64,000 nucleotides of DNA, taken from the NCBI GenBank assembly GCA_965228895.1, contig OZ245842.1, forward strand, positions 3,040,001 to 3,104,000, written 5' to 3'. Positions 1 to 8,860 of the stretch are shown one piece after another (the stretch's first letter is position 1; every line of letters begins with the position of its first letter). The stretch is from Alphaproteobacteria bacterium (GTDB lineage Bacteria; Pseudomonadota; Alphaproteobacteria; SP197). The notes below the pieces were generated by a model. That model saw nothing but the letters and a program-made list of their open reading frames with translations. It did not search any database and was not told where the DNA came from. Both the position numbers and the translations under genes were made by a program.

Positions 1-525
1 GAGGCCTACGCGCGCGGCCATGTCGGCCTGGCCAACGCGATCGGCACCGGCGTCGCCGACGACAAGGCGGTCTACGCCTATATGCCGCGCATCATCCAAT
101 ACTACCTGGATGAGGAACCGATCATCGTCAACGTGCCGACCCATATCTGCCGCGAGAAGGAGGGTTTGGCGTACACGCTGGATCATCTCGACGAACTGGT
201 GGTGAAGCCGGTTGGCGAATCCGGTGGCTACGGCATTACGGTCGGTCCCCATGCCAGCAAACGCCAGCTCGCGCAGTGCCGCGCGGCGGTCAAGAAAGAT
301 CCCGCCAACTACATCAGCCAGCCGATGGTGCACCTGTCCGTCTGCCCGACCTTGATCGGCGACGGGCTGGAGCCGCGCCATGTCGACCTGCGCCCGTTCG
401 CCGTCACCGGCAAGGACACCTGGGTTCTGCCCGGCGGCCTGTCGCGCGTCGCCCTGCCGCGCGGGTCCCTGGTCGTCAACTCGTCCCAGGGCGGCGGTTC
501 GAAGGATACCTGGGTCCTTGCGTAA
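1..525 (+). CDS. Circularly permuted type 2 ATP-grasp protein (DUF404/DUF407), 5'-truncated by window edge
   Basis: Frame open from base 1 (EAYARGHVGLANAIGTGVADDKAVYAYMP); motifs LVVKP..GGYG, HVDLRPF, PGGLSRVAL, VVNSSQGGGSKDTWV. Confidence 0.9.
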   Translation, partial: EAYARGHVGLANAIGTGVADDKAVYAYMPRIIQYYLDEEPIIVNVPTHICREKEGLAYTLDHLDELVVKPVGESGGYGITVGPHASKRQLAQCRAAVKKDPANYISQPMVHLSVCPTLIGDGLEPRHVDLRPFAVTGKDTWVLPGGLSRVALPRGSLVVNSSQGGGSKDTWVLA

Positions 526-1459
526 TCTGCTGGCACGTTTCGCGGCGAACGCTTTCTGGACCGGACGCTACATGGAGCGCGCGGAGAACCTGGCGCGCAT
601 CCTGGACGTCAACGAAACCTTCGCGCGCGGCGGCAGCGAAGAGGAAAGCTGGCTACCGATCGTCAGGCTGCACGCCGAAGAGGATCTCTTCTTCAACAGC
701 CACAAAAGGGCCGCCGCCGACAGGGTCGTGCATTTCTATACGATCGACCGCGACAACCCGAGCTCGATCGTTTCCAGCATCATTCACGCGCGCGAGAACG
801 CGCGCACCATGCGCCATGTCATCAGCACGGAGATGTGGACGCAGCTCAACGTCTTTCACGGTTGGATCACGACGCTTAATCGACGCGACATCCGGCTTAA
901 CAATCTGTCGCGGGTTTGCGCGGAGATCAAAGAGCGCTGCCAGACCCATGCGGGCATCGTGCAGGGCACGCTCTACCGCGATCAGGTCTGGTACTTCTAT
1001 CTGCTCGGCAAGCACATCGAACGCGCCGGTCAGACCTCGCGTCTGGTCGATATCAAGTCCCATCTGTTGGAGAACCCGATCGGCGAGGCCGAAATGGCCG
1101 CCGACATCTCACAGTGGAACGCGCTGCTCAGATCGGCAGCCGGCTATCATGCGTTTCGCCGCGTCTACCCGCGCGGCATCGAACCGGATCGCGTCATCGA
1201 GTTTTTCTTTTTCAACGCTGGTTTCCCCCGCTCGGTCGTCTCATGCCTTGATCGGGTCGACACCCTGTTGGCCGGGCTCGCCAAAGGCAAGCTGACCGCA
1301 GCCAACGAACTACGCGAGAACCTGGCGCCACTTCAGGACATCATCCACGCTGGCAATGTGCAGGAGGTCCGCCGTCAGGGTCTGAATGCCTTTATCGATG
1401 ACCTGCAACGCGAGCTCGACAGTTTTTCCAGCGAGCTGGGCGAGCGCTTCTTTAAGTAG
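518..1459 (+). CDS. Alpha-E domain protein (DUF403)
   Basis: LLARFAANAFWTGRYMERAENLAR, ARENAR, G(K)HIERA and FPRSV motifs; start at TTG 518 inferred (AAGGA upstream, overlaps previous stop). Confidence 0.88.
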   Translation: MRNLLARFAANAFWTGRYMERAENLARILDVNETFARGGSEEESWLPIVRLHAEEDLFFNSHKRAAADRVVHFYTIDRDNPSSIVSSIIHARENARTMRHVISTEMWTQLNVFHGWITTLNRRDIRLNNLSRVCAEIKERCQTHAGIVQGTLYRDQVWYFYLLGKHIERAGQTSRLVDIKSHLLENPIGEAEMAADISQWNALLRSAAGYHAFRRVYPRGIEPDRVIEFFFFNAGFPRSVVSCLDRVDTLLAGLAKGKLTAANELRENLAPLQDIIHAGNVQEVRRQGLNAFIDDLQRELDSFSSELGERFFK

Positions 1460-1576
1460 CTAGTTCAAATGGTTAGCCGGGTCCTTTGCATTGCCGGCGG
1501 GCGCCGCCTATGATCCGCGCGGCCGTGGCTGGAGAGGCCCCGGGTGTTCTAGAGAGTTGCCGACGATTGGGCCCTG

Positions 1577-2485
1577 ATGCGCCGTTTGACCATTCATCAC
1601 GTGACGACCTATCGCTACGCCAGGCCGGTAACCTTTGGCGAGCACCGGCTGATGTTCCGGCCGCGCGACAGTCACGACCTGCGTCTGATCCACACCGAGC
1701 TTTCGATCTCGCCGGCCGCCAGGATCCGCTGGTACCACGACGTCTTCGGCAACTCGATCACCATCGCCAACTTCGACGACATGGCCGACGAGTTGCGGTT
1801 CGAAAGCACGATCGAGCTGGAGCACTACGGCGTCGAAACAACCGAATTTCCAATCGAGCCATTTGCCAGCTTTCTGCCCTTCACCTATCCACCGGAAGAA
1901 CTGCCGGACCTCACGCGCACGACAGAGCGCTACTACTTCGACCCAGAGCGCCTGATCGATGCCTGGGCGCAACGCTTCCTGAATCCGGGCGGCCGAAGCT
2001 CGACCCAGGAAGTGCTGGTCGCGATGACCAGCGCGATCAAGGACGAGTTCACCTATCAGGTGCGCGAACTGCATGGGGTGCAGACGCCGATCGAGACACT
2101 GAACCTGGGCAGCGGCAGTTGTCGCGATTACGCGGTGTTCTTGATGGAGGCTGCCCGAAGCCTGGGGCTCGCGGCGCGCTTCGTCACCGGCTATGTCTAC
2201 GACCCCGCGCTTGATGGCGGGATGAACCAGGGCCTGCGCGGCGCGGGCTCGACCCACGCGTGGGCGCAGATCTATCTGCCCGGCGCCGGCTGGGTCGAGT
2301 TCGATCCGACCAACGGCATGGTCGGCGGCGCCAACCTGTTTCGCGTCGGCGTCGCGCGCACGCCCGAACAGGCTGTGCCCCTGCAGGGAACCTTCATCGG
2401 TGACAGCGGCGATCTCCTGGAGATGAAGATCGACGTCAAGGTGACGTCAAGCGACAACGACAACGCCCTGCCCCGCGCCGTCTGA
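1577..2485 (+). CDS. Transglutaminase-like protein with N-terminal bacterial transglutaminase domain
   Basis: IHHVTTYRY N-terminus; catalytic GSCRDYA, HAWAQIY, GWVEFDPTN. Confidence 0.92.
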   Translation: MRRLTIHHVTTYRYARPVTFGEHRLMFRPRDSHDLRLIHTELSISPAARIRWYHDVFGNSITIANFDDMADELRFESTIELEHYGVETTEFPIEPFASFLPFTYPPEELPDLTRTTERYYFDPERLIDAWAQRFLNPGGRSSTQEVLVAMTSAIKDEFTYQVRELHGVQTPIETLNLGSGSCRDYAVFLMEAARSLGLAARFVTGYVYDPALDGGMNQGLRGAGSTHAWAQIYLPGAGWVEFDPTNGMVGGANLFRVGVARTPEQAVPLQGTFIGDSGDLLEMKIDVKVTSSDNDNALPRAV

Positions 2486-2659
2486 CGATCATTCCTGGCG
2501 CCTCGGCCTCGGTTTGTTGCGGAAGCGTGACCGTTCGATGAAGTTTTCGTCTTGAACGCCCCTGCGTTGTGCCGGTTTCGCAAATCTTACACCAAGTCTT
2601 GTTAGACCCCGGTCAAGCAACGAGTCGACCTGTGCAACTTGACGCGGCGGATACGACGA

Positions 2660-3472
2660 ATGCATGGCCATCGCTCAGTGAGCCGGTACCGTTCGATCTG
2701 GATTTCGGACATTCATCTGGGAACGCGCGGCTGTCAGGCAGAGTTGCTGCTCGACTTCCTGCGCCATACCGACTCTGAGTATCTCTATCTGGTCGGTGAC
2801 ATTGTCGACGGCTGGCGCCTGAAGAAATCCTGGTTCTGGGCGCAAAGCCATAACGACGTGGTGCAGAAGCTGCTGCGCAAGGCGCGCAAGGGCACCAAGG
2901 TCATCTATATTCCCGGCAACCACGATGAGGCGCTGAGAGACTACACCGGCCACCAGTTCGGCGGCGTCCATGTCGCCGGTGAGATCGTGCACACGACCGC
3001 CGACGGCCGGCGGCTTCTGGTCCTGCATGGCGATGAGTTCGACGGGATTGTCAAACACGCGAAGTGGCTCGCATTGCTGGGCGACTGGGCCTACAACGCC
3101 ATGCTGACCGTCAACATCTGGTTCAATGCGGCGCGCCGCCGCCTGGGCTTCGGTTACTGGTCGCTTTCGGCCTATCTGAAGAACCGGGTCAAGAACGCCG
3201 TCCAGTATGTCGACCGGTTCGAACAGGTTGTCGCCGAGGAAGCGCGCCGGCGCGATGTCGACGGCGTCGTATGCGGCCACATCCACAAGGCGGAAATCCG
3301 CGAGATCGACGGCATCCTCTACTGCAACGACGGCGACTGGGTTGAGAGCTGCTCGGCGCTTGTCGAGCACAGTGACGGCCGGCTGGAAATCGTTCAGTGG
3401 GCGACGCCGCAGAATGTCTCGGCCAGGCCGCCGCGCATGCGCCGAACACGCAACGTGCCTGTTGCCGGTTGA
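2660..3472 (+). CDS. plcP: Calcineurin-like metallophosphoesterase, PlcP-type phospholipase C (often annotated UDP-2,3-diacylglucosamine diphosphatase)
   Basis: SDIHLG, LVGDIVDGW, PGNHD, HGD, CGHIH, NDGDWVES; NDVVQKLLRKARKG block typical of PlcP; coupled to a GT4 gene. Confidence 0.75.
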   Translation: MHGHRSVSRYRSIWISDIHLGTRGCQAELLLDFLRHTDSEYLYLVGDIVDGWRLKKSWFWAQSHNDVVQKLLRKARKGTKVIYIPGNHDEALRDYTGHQFGGVHVAGEIVHTTADGRRLLVLHGDEFDGIVKHAKWLALLGDWAYNAMLTVNIWFNAARRRLGFGYWSLSAYLKNRVKNAVQYVDRFEQVVAEEARRRDVDGVVCGHIHKAEIREIDGILYCNDGDWVESCSALVEHSDGRLEIVQWATPQNVSARPPRMRRTRNVPVAG

Positions 3473-4497
3473 TGCACGTCGCCATCGTGTCGGACGCCTG
3501 GTTCCCCCAGGTCAACGGGGTGGTCAGGACCCTGTCGCGCGTCAAACAAGAAGTCGAGACCATGGGGCACGACGTCACCGTGATCTCGCCCGACCTCTTC
3601 ACCAATCTGCCCTGCCCGACCTATCCGGAGATTCGCCTGGCCGTGCTGCCCGGGCGCGGCGTGCGCGAACGGCTCGACCGCGCCCGGCCGGACGCGATCC
3701 ACATCGCCACCGAAGGGCCGCTGGGTTGGGCCGCGCGCCGATACTGCCGGCGCCGGGGTCTGCCCTTTACAACGTCGTTTCACACTCGCTTCCCCGAATA
3801 CGTTCATGCCCGCAGCGGTATTCCGCCAAGCTGGCTCTATAGCCTGCTGCGTCACTTTCATGGCGCCGGCGAAGGCATCATGGTGGCGACCCAAACGATC
3901 CGGCGCGATCTGGAGACGCGCGGCTTCGACAACATCAAAAACTGGACACGTGGCGTCGATACGGAGCTGTTCAGGCCGCCCGAGCTGATCGGCGGAGCAA
4001 CGCCGCTGGCGTCCCTGCCGCAACCCATTCACCTCTATGTCGGTCGCGTGGCGGTGGAAAAGAACATCGGCGCATTCCTCGCTCTCGACCTGCCGGGCAG
4101 CAAGGTGGTGGTCGGCGGTGGACCGCAACTGAAGCAGTTATCAAACGATCATCCGGAGGTCCTGTTCACCGGGGCCAAACACGGTGAGGAACTGGCCCGC
4201 TACTATGCGGGTGCGGATGTCTTCGTTTTCCCAAGCCGCACCGACACGTTCGGCCTGGTGCTGCTGGAGGCCCTTGCCGCCGGCGTGCCCGTCGCGGCCT
4301 ATCCGGTGCCCGGGCCGCTCGACGTCGTCGACGGTTCCGGCGCAGGCGTTCTGGACGAAGATCTGAAGGCAGCCGCCGCCGAGGCGCTCACCATTTCGCG
4401 CGACACATGCCGCAATCATGCGCTGACCTATTCTTGGCGGCGCTGCGCACAACAGTTTCTCGACAATCTCGCACCGTACGGCGCGGCGTCGACTTAA
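3472..4497 (+). CDS. GT4 glycosyltransferase, Agt-like glycolipid synthase
   Basis: DAWFPQVNGVVRTL, HIATEGPLG, YVGRVAVEKN, FPSRTDTFGLVLLEALA; ATG overlaps upstream TGA. Confidence 0.88.
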   Translation: MHVAIVSDAWFPQVNGVVRTLSRVKQEVETMGHDVTVISPDLFTNLPCPTYPEIRLAVLPGRGVRERLDRARPDAIHIATEGPLGWAARRYCRRRGLPFTTSFHTRFPEYVHARSGIPPSWLYSLLRHFHGAGEGIMVATQTIRRDLETRGFDNIKNWTRGVDTELFRPPELIGGATPLASLPQPIHLYVGRVAVEKNIGAFLALDLPGSKVVVGGGPQLKQLSNDHPEVLFTGAKHGEELARYYAGADVFVFPSRTDTFGLVLLEALAAGVPVAAYPVPGPLDVVDGSGAGVLDEDLKAAAAEALTISRDTCRNHALTYSWRRCAQQFLDNLAPYGAAST

Positions 4498-5069
4498 CCG
4501 GCGGGCACGCGCTCCAGCAGACCGCGCTCCTCGCCGCACACGCTGCAACGGCAGTCCTGGATGCGCCGGCGCGGTTTGCGGACGAAATGATAGAGCTCGC
4601 CACAGGCAACGCAGCGCCAGATGACGGCGGCCTGACTTTCGCGCGACAGATAGGGGATGTCGTGATGGAGGACCGGTAGCTCGCCGATCATAACCATGGT
4701 GGCGCGCCACAACGGCCCATGCTTGCACGACTTGCCGTAGTGCAGGTCCGCCAGGATGTGGGCGCATTCGTGCAGAAAAGTCGCGTCGCGATCGCTTTCG
4801 CGGCCCGCCGGCAGCAGTTCGCGATGCAGGACGATGCGCTGTTCGGAGGTGTACGCCTTGCCGGCATAGAGTTTGCCGCGCGCGGAGACCTCGACCCGCG
4901 ACGCCAGGCAGGCGTCATAGGCATCGCCATAGCGGCTGGCCCGCGCCAACTGCTCGAGAACACCCCAACGGGCTGCGACTTCTTCAACGCGGCCCAGGAC
5001 CGAGCCGCCACGGACACGCTGCGTCATCGCCTGCGAAGGTGCGTGTCCGGCGCGCTCTTGTCCAGTCAA
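4494..5069 (-). CDS. SprT-like zinc metalloprotease with C-terminal Zn ribbon
   Basis: FLHECAH (HExxH), HGPLW, CVAC...CSVC; start uncertain. Confidence 0.8.
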   Translation of the reverse strand: MTGQERAGHAPSQAMTQRVRGGSVLGRVEEVAARWGVLEQLARASRYGDAYDACLASRVEVSARGKLYAGKAYTSEQRIVLHRELLPAGRESDRDATFLHECAHILADLHYGKSCKHGPLWRATMVMIGELPVLHHDIPYLSRESQAAVIWRCVACGELYHFVRKPRRRIQDCRCSVCGEERGLLERVPAG

Positions 5070-5088
5070 CTATCCCCAGGTGCCGTGT

Positions 5089-5586
5089 TCACGCCTCAGA
5101 TTTCTCGGTGACCCTGGTCAGGCAGCAACCCTTTTTGCCTGGTGACCACAGTTCGATCTCGTAATCAAAGCCTGCGGTGTCCCACGTCGCCTCATCAAGG
5201 GCCGATGCGCAATGAAGGAGCGTGCAGATTTCCTCATCGCTGCATCCGGCATCGACCCACGCATCCTTGATCGGACAGGTCATCATCTGAACTTCCAGGC
5301 AGGTGTCATCAAGCCGCCTGATATTCGGTGAAAACATCGCGCCGTCGTCGGGAGCTCTGGCGTAACCTTCGACCAGGCCCGCAAAATCGCGCGGCGCGAA
5401 GCACGCCAGCGCTTCACCCATCGGCTTGCCGTACGCATAGCTGGCGCTGCGCATCACGCTTATGGCTTCTGCTTCGCCATAGCGCTTGGAGAGTTCTCGA
5501 AACACCGTGAGAAACATCCTGCCACGATCTTTGATGGCGTCGTAGACTTGGGGATTGGCTTGAGGGTTAGCTTGTTTATGGGCCAT
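5089..5586 (-). CDS. L-2-amino-thiazoline-4-carboxylic acid hydrolase family protein
   Basis: MMTCPIKDAW...LLHCASALDE...GCCL Cys pattern and size of the family; start MAHKQ inferred. Confidence 0.7.
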   Translation of the reverse strand: MAHKQANPQANPQVYDAIKDRGRMFLTVFRELSKRYGEAEAISVMRSASYAYGKPMGEALACFAPRDFAGLVEGYARAPDDGAMFSPNIRRLDDTCLEVQMMTCPIKDAWVDAGCSDEEICTLLHCASALDEATWDTAGFDYEIELWSPGKKGCCLTRVTEKSEA

Positions 5587-5673
5587 TTGAACCGCTCCGT
5601 TTTGCACCGAACCACGGGTCCGACAATGGGAGCGGCGCAGGCAACCGGGCAAACCAGAAAATCTCCCGTCGAG

Positions 5674-5690
5674 ACTTAGAAAAACTGAGT
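5674..5690. promoter_or_regulatory. Putative LysR operator (inverted repeat ACTTAG-N5-CTGAGT)
   Basis: Imperfect palindrome in the divergent gap upstream of the LysR gene. Confidence 0.45.
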
Positions 5691-5734
5691 CGTGAGCGGC
5701 CTCAAAGCGTGCTGTTTTCGCCCCCGAGGGAAAT

Positions 5735-6328
5735 ATGACGTACCGACTTCCGACATTGAATGGGTTGCGCGCCTTCGAAGCGGCAGCGCGACACCTGAGC
5801 TTCAAAGTGGCCGCCAGCGAACTTGGCGTCACCGCAGGCGCCGTGAGCCAACAGGTCAAAAAGCTCGAGATGTCTCTTGGCATCTCGCTGTTTCGCCGGT
5901 TGCCGCACGGCCTTTTGTTAACAGGAGAAGGCGAGGCCTATTACCCCAGGATCTCGCGCGCCCTTGAAGACCTGACAGAAGCGACCGAGGCGATTGCGCC
6001 GGATCTGAACGCCAGAAAGTTCACGCTGGGACTGTGCCCGACGGCAGCACACCTCTTGCCCAAGAAGTGGCCCCGTCATTCGACAGCCTTGGACAACTAT
6101 GTCAGCAACACCTGCAGCACAGGCGATGTGGCATTGATCTTCGACAACAAACTCGATTGCATCATTCGACCAGGCAGCGGCCCGACCGGCGGTCTGAGCG
6201 CGATCACAGTCGGTCACGGGACTTGCTCTGAAGGGGAAGAGCCTTTGCAGTTCATCTGCCGCAACGGGTTGATCGAATGCAGGCAATCGAAAGCGATCAT
6301 TTACGACCTGAAGACTTGGCTCGGTTAG
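5735..6328 (+). CDS. LysR family regulator (GcvA/AmpR-like HTH) with shortened effector domain
   Basis: LPTLNGLRAFEAAARHLSFKVAASELGVTAGAVSQQVKKLE; only 197 aa. Confidence 0.85.
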   Translation: MTYRLPTLNGLRAFEAAARHLSFKVAASELGVTAGAVSQQVKKLEMSLGISLFRRLPHGLLLTGEGEAYYPRISRALEDLTEATEAIAPDLNARKFTLGLCPTAAHLLPKKWPRHSTALDNYVSNTCSTGDVALIFDNKLDCIIRPGSGPTGGLSAITVGHGTCSEGEEPLQFICRNGLIECRQSKAIIYDLKTWLG

Positions 6329-6337
6329 AGATGCCAA

Positions 6338-7561
6338 TCAGTTTGCGCGCCTGAGTTCGCGCACGCGGTAGCCGAACAGGCCCGGCAAGCCGACCGCCGC
6401 CGCCGATATGGCGATCACCGCGGTCATACCGACGACCGGCAAAACAAAACCTGCGGCCAAGCCGCCCAACGGGTTCGTGCTTTGCATCAGCATGCGCAGC
6501 AGGGCGAAGGTGCGTCCGCGTTGATGTTCGGGGATGATCTTCATGCGCAGCGTCTGCGCCCACACGGTCAGCGGCGCCGAAAACACGCCATAGAGCATGA
6601 GGCACAGGATGGTTACGGCGATGTGGCTGTCGAGCAGCATGGCTGCGAGCGCCAGACCGGCCAGAAACTGCGCGAGGCAAATGAGCGTGCCGAGCGGCAG
6701 ACGCATGCGATCAACACCGGCGACAAGCGAGCCGGCGATCTCGCCCACCGCGATGACGCCAAGCAGCATGCCATAGAGCTCCGCGCCGCCGCCCAGCGTG
6801 GTGCTGGCATAGATTGGCAACCAGACCAGCAACGCGCCGACCGCGATGTTGCCGCACATGTACATGATGGTCGTCGAGAGCAGGATGCGGTTGCCGAACA
6901 GCAGGCGGAACGCCGGCCCGATGCCGCGGTCGGCTGTCTCCTTCGTTGCCGGTCGCTCGCCGCCGCGCGCCGCCGCGGGACGTGTCGCAAGAAGCGCGGC
7001 AGCGAAGAGCAGGTATGTCGCCGCATCGAGATAGAGCACGTCGGGCGCGCTCCACAGGGCGACCAGCAATCCGGCAATCGGCGGCCCGATGACGCCGCAA
7101 AGGGTATAGGCCAGCATCTCGAGCGCGTTGGCCGTGGTCAGCCGGCCGGGCGTGACGAGTTCCGGCAACAACGCGGGCGCGCCGGCCAGGGGCACCATCA
7201 ATAGCAGGCCGTAGACCGCGGCGACGGCATAGACGTGCCAGGTTTCAAGCGCGCCAGCAGCGTCAAGCAAAGGCACAGTGATCACGACAACGGCTTTGAT
7301 GATCGAATCCACGACCATCACCATCCGCCGGTCGAAGCGGTCGAGCAGCCAGCCGGCGACCAGGCCGCCGACAACGATGGGTGCGGTATAGAAGAAGGTC
7401 AGCCAGCCGACCGCGACCGACGAGCCCGTCGACTCATAGATGTACCAGGTGAGCGCGACACGGGTCATCGCATCGCCGGTCATGGAAAGGCTGAAGCCGA
7501 CCCAGAAGACAGCGAACGGCCGGTGCCCGAGCACCTCGCGATAGGCGCCGAGCGCCGCCAC
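6338..7561 (-). CDS. MFS transporter (DHA3/MFS_3-like)
   Basis: About 12 hydrophobic segments, GWLLDRFDRR motif A, PEHQRGR; GTG start inferred just after the ArsR stop. Confidence 0.88.
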   Translation of the reverse strand: MAALGAYREVLGHRPFAVFWVGFSLSMTGDAMTRVALTWYIYESTGSSVAVGWLTFFYTAPIVVGGLVAGWLLDRFDRRMVMVVDSIIKAVVVITVPLLDAAGALETWHVYAVAAVYGLLLMVPLAGAPALLPELVTPGRLTTANALEMLAYTLCGVIGPPIAGLLVALWSAPDVLYLDAATYLLFAAALLATRPAAARGGERPATKETADRGIGPAFRLLFGNRILLSTTIMYMCGNIAVGALLVWLPIYASTTLGGGAELYGMLLGVIAVGEIAGSLVAGVDRMRLPLGTLICLAQFLAGLALAAMLLDSHIAVTILCLMLYGVFSAPLTVWAQTLRMKIIPEHQRGRTFALLRMLMQSTNPLGGLAAGFVLPVVGMTAVIAISAAAVGLPGLFGYRVRELRRAN

Positions 7562-7565
7562 GGAC

Positions 7566-8690
7566 TTAAGTCCCGTCGCGCGAGAAGAACCGGCGCATGG
7601 CGGCGTCGGGCAGCGCGAAGAAGGCACCGCGCTCAAGCCGCAGGATGATCGAGCGCGACGGCGTCAGTTCTTCGTTGATCAGGCCGGCCTCGCGCATCAG
7701 GAAAAGATGGTGCGAGACCGTCGACTTGGAGAGACCGAGTGTCTCGGCGACCTCGGTCGCCGAGCGCGGTCGTTCGGCAAGCAGATCGGCGATGGCGACG
7801 CGGCTGCTGTTGCCGAGCGCCCGGCAGACAAGCGCCAGGTCGACATCGCGCGGACTTGGGCCCTCATCCAGACTTGCCAGCAAAGACGGCTGGTGGGCGG
7901 GAAAGTGGGCGACCTTCCCGCCCTTGCCTTCGAGCATGGTCCAGAAGCGCCCGGTGTTGAATGCCGAGGGCATCAGCCGGACTTCGACGATGCTGTCGAT
8001 GTCGGCGCGATACCCGCCGCGCAGCGCGCACAGTTCGTTGGTTGTCTCGTCGATCTCGACCGGCAGGCGGTTGATGGCAATCACGGTCGCCAGATCATCG
8101 GATCGCAAGTCCTGGTCCATGGCCCGCGCCGCCGCCCGGTAGGCGCCTTCCTGGTCACGCCAGAAGTCTGCGAAACCCTCATCCCAGAAGGCCTGGACCG
8201 CGTTGATGATGCTGTCGCGCACGCCCTCGGGGTCGTCGAGCAGCCGGGTAACAAACCGTCCGGAGGGTTTGTCCGCGTCGTACGGGAAGAGGCCGACATG
8301 GGCAAGCCACTGGGATTTGCTCGCCGGCAGCTTCTTGATCGCCGCCTTGGGCGTCAGACGGCCGTCCGCCACCGCATCGACGATCGCGTCATCATGCAGC
8401 ATGCCGATCAGCAACGTGCGGACGACGTCGCGCGCCGGCACCTCTTCCAGGCGTTCGACGATCAGACCGAAGCTTGCATCCGTCGGCACGTCGCCCAGCA
8501 GGTCGCCGATGCCGAGCCAGATTTCCGGCCAGGCGCCGAGATCGCGGTGGATCGCCAGAAGCGTCTCGGACGGCTGCCAAGGACGCCCGTCGTTCAGGAC
8601 GGCGTGGAGCGCATAGAACAGTTCGAACCGCAGACCGGCCGCCACGTCGATCGTGGGTTGGGGCCTTTCCTGCACAGCACCGATAAGCAT
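7566..8690 (-). CDS. ArsR family regulator with large N-terminal domain (DUF5937-like)
   Basis: C-terminal wHTH RALGNSSRVAIADLL...SATEVAETLGLSKSTVSHHLFLMREAGLI; LMPSAF motif. Confidence 0.8.
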   Translation of the reverse strand: MLIGAVQERPQPTIDVAAGLRFELFYALHAVLNDGRPWQPSETLLAIHRDLGAWPEIWLGIGDLLGDVPTDASFGLIVERLEEVPARDVVRTLLIGMLHDDAIVDAVADGRLTPKAAIKKLPASKSQWLAHVGLFPYDADKPSGRFVTRLLDDPEGVRDSIINAVQAFWDEGFADFWRDQEGAYRAAARAMDQDLRSDDLATVIAINRLPVEIDETTNELCALRGGYRADIDSIVEVRLMPSAFNTGRFWTMLEGKGGKVAHFPAHQPSLLASLDEGPSPRDVDLALVCRALGNSSRVAIADLLAERPRSATEVAETLGLSKSTVSHHLFLMREAGLINEELTPSRSIILRLERGAFFALPDAAMRRFFSRDGT

Positions 8691-8715
8691 GGAAATTCTA
8701 CTATCATAGAATCAG

Positions 8716-8731
8716 TTCGATAAAAATCGAA
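8716..8731. promoter_or_regulatory. Palindrome TTCGAT-N4-ATCGAA, probable ArsR autoregulatory operator
   Basis: Perfect 6-bp arms in an AT-rich gap about 25 nt upstream of the ArsR start; degenerate second copy at 8782-8797. Confidence 0.55.
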
Positions 8732-8860
8732 TCTTACAGAATCGATCGATCAACAACTAATTTTTATAATAATCAAATAGTTACGATAATTTTCGAACGT
8801 TTCACTGCCACCAAATTGCGGGTGATGGTGCCCCTCGCAGTCTTGTGGCTGCCTGCGCGC

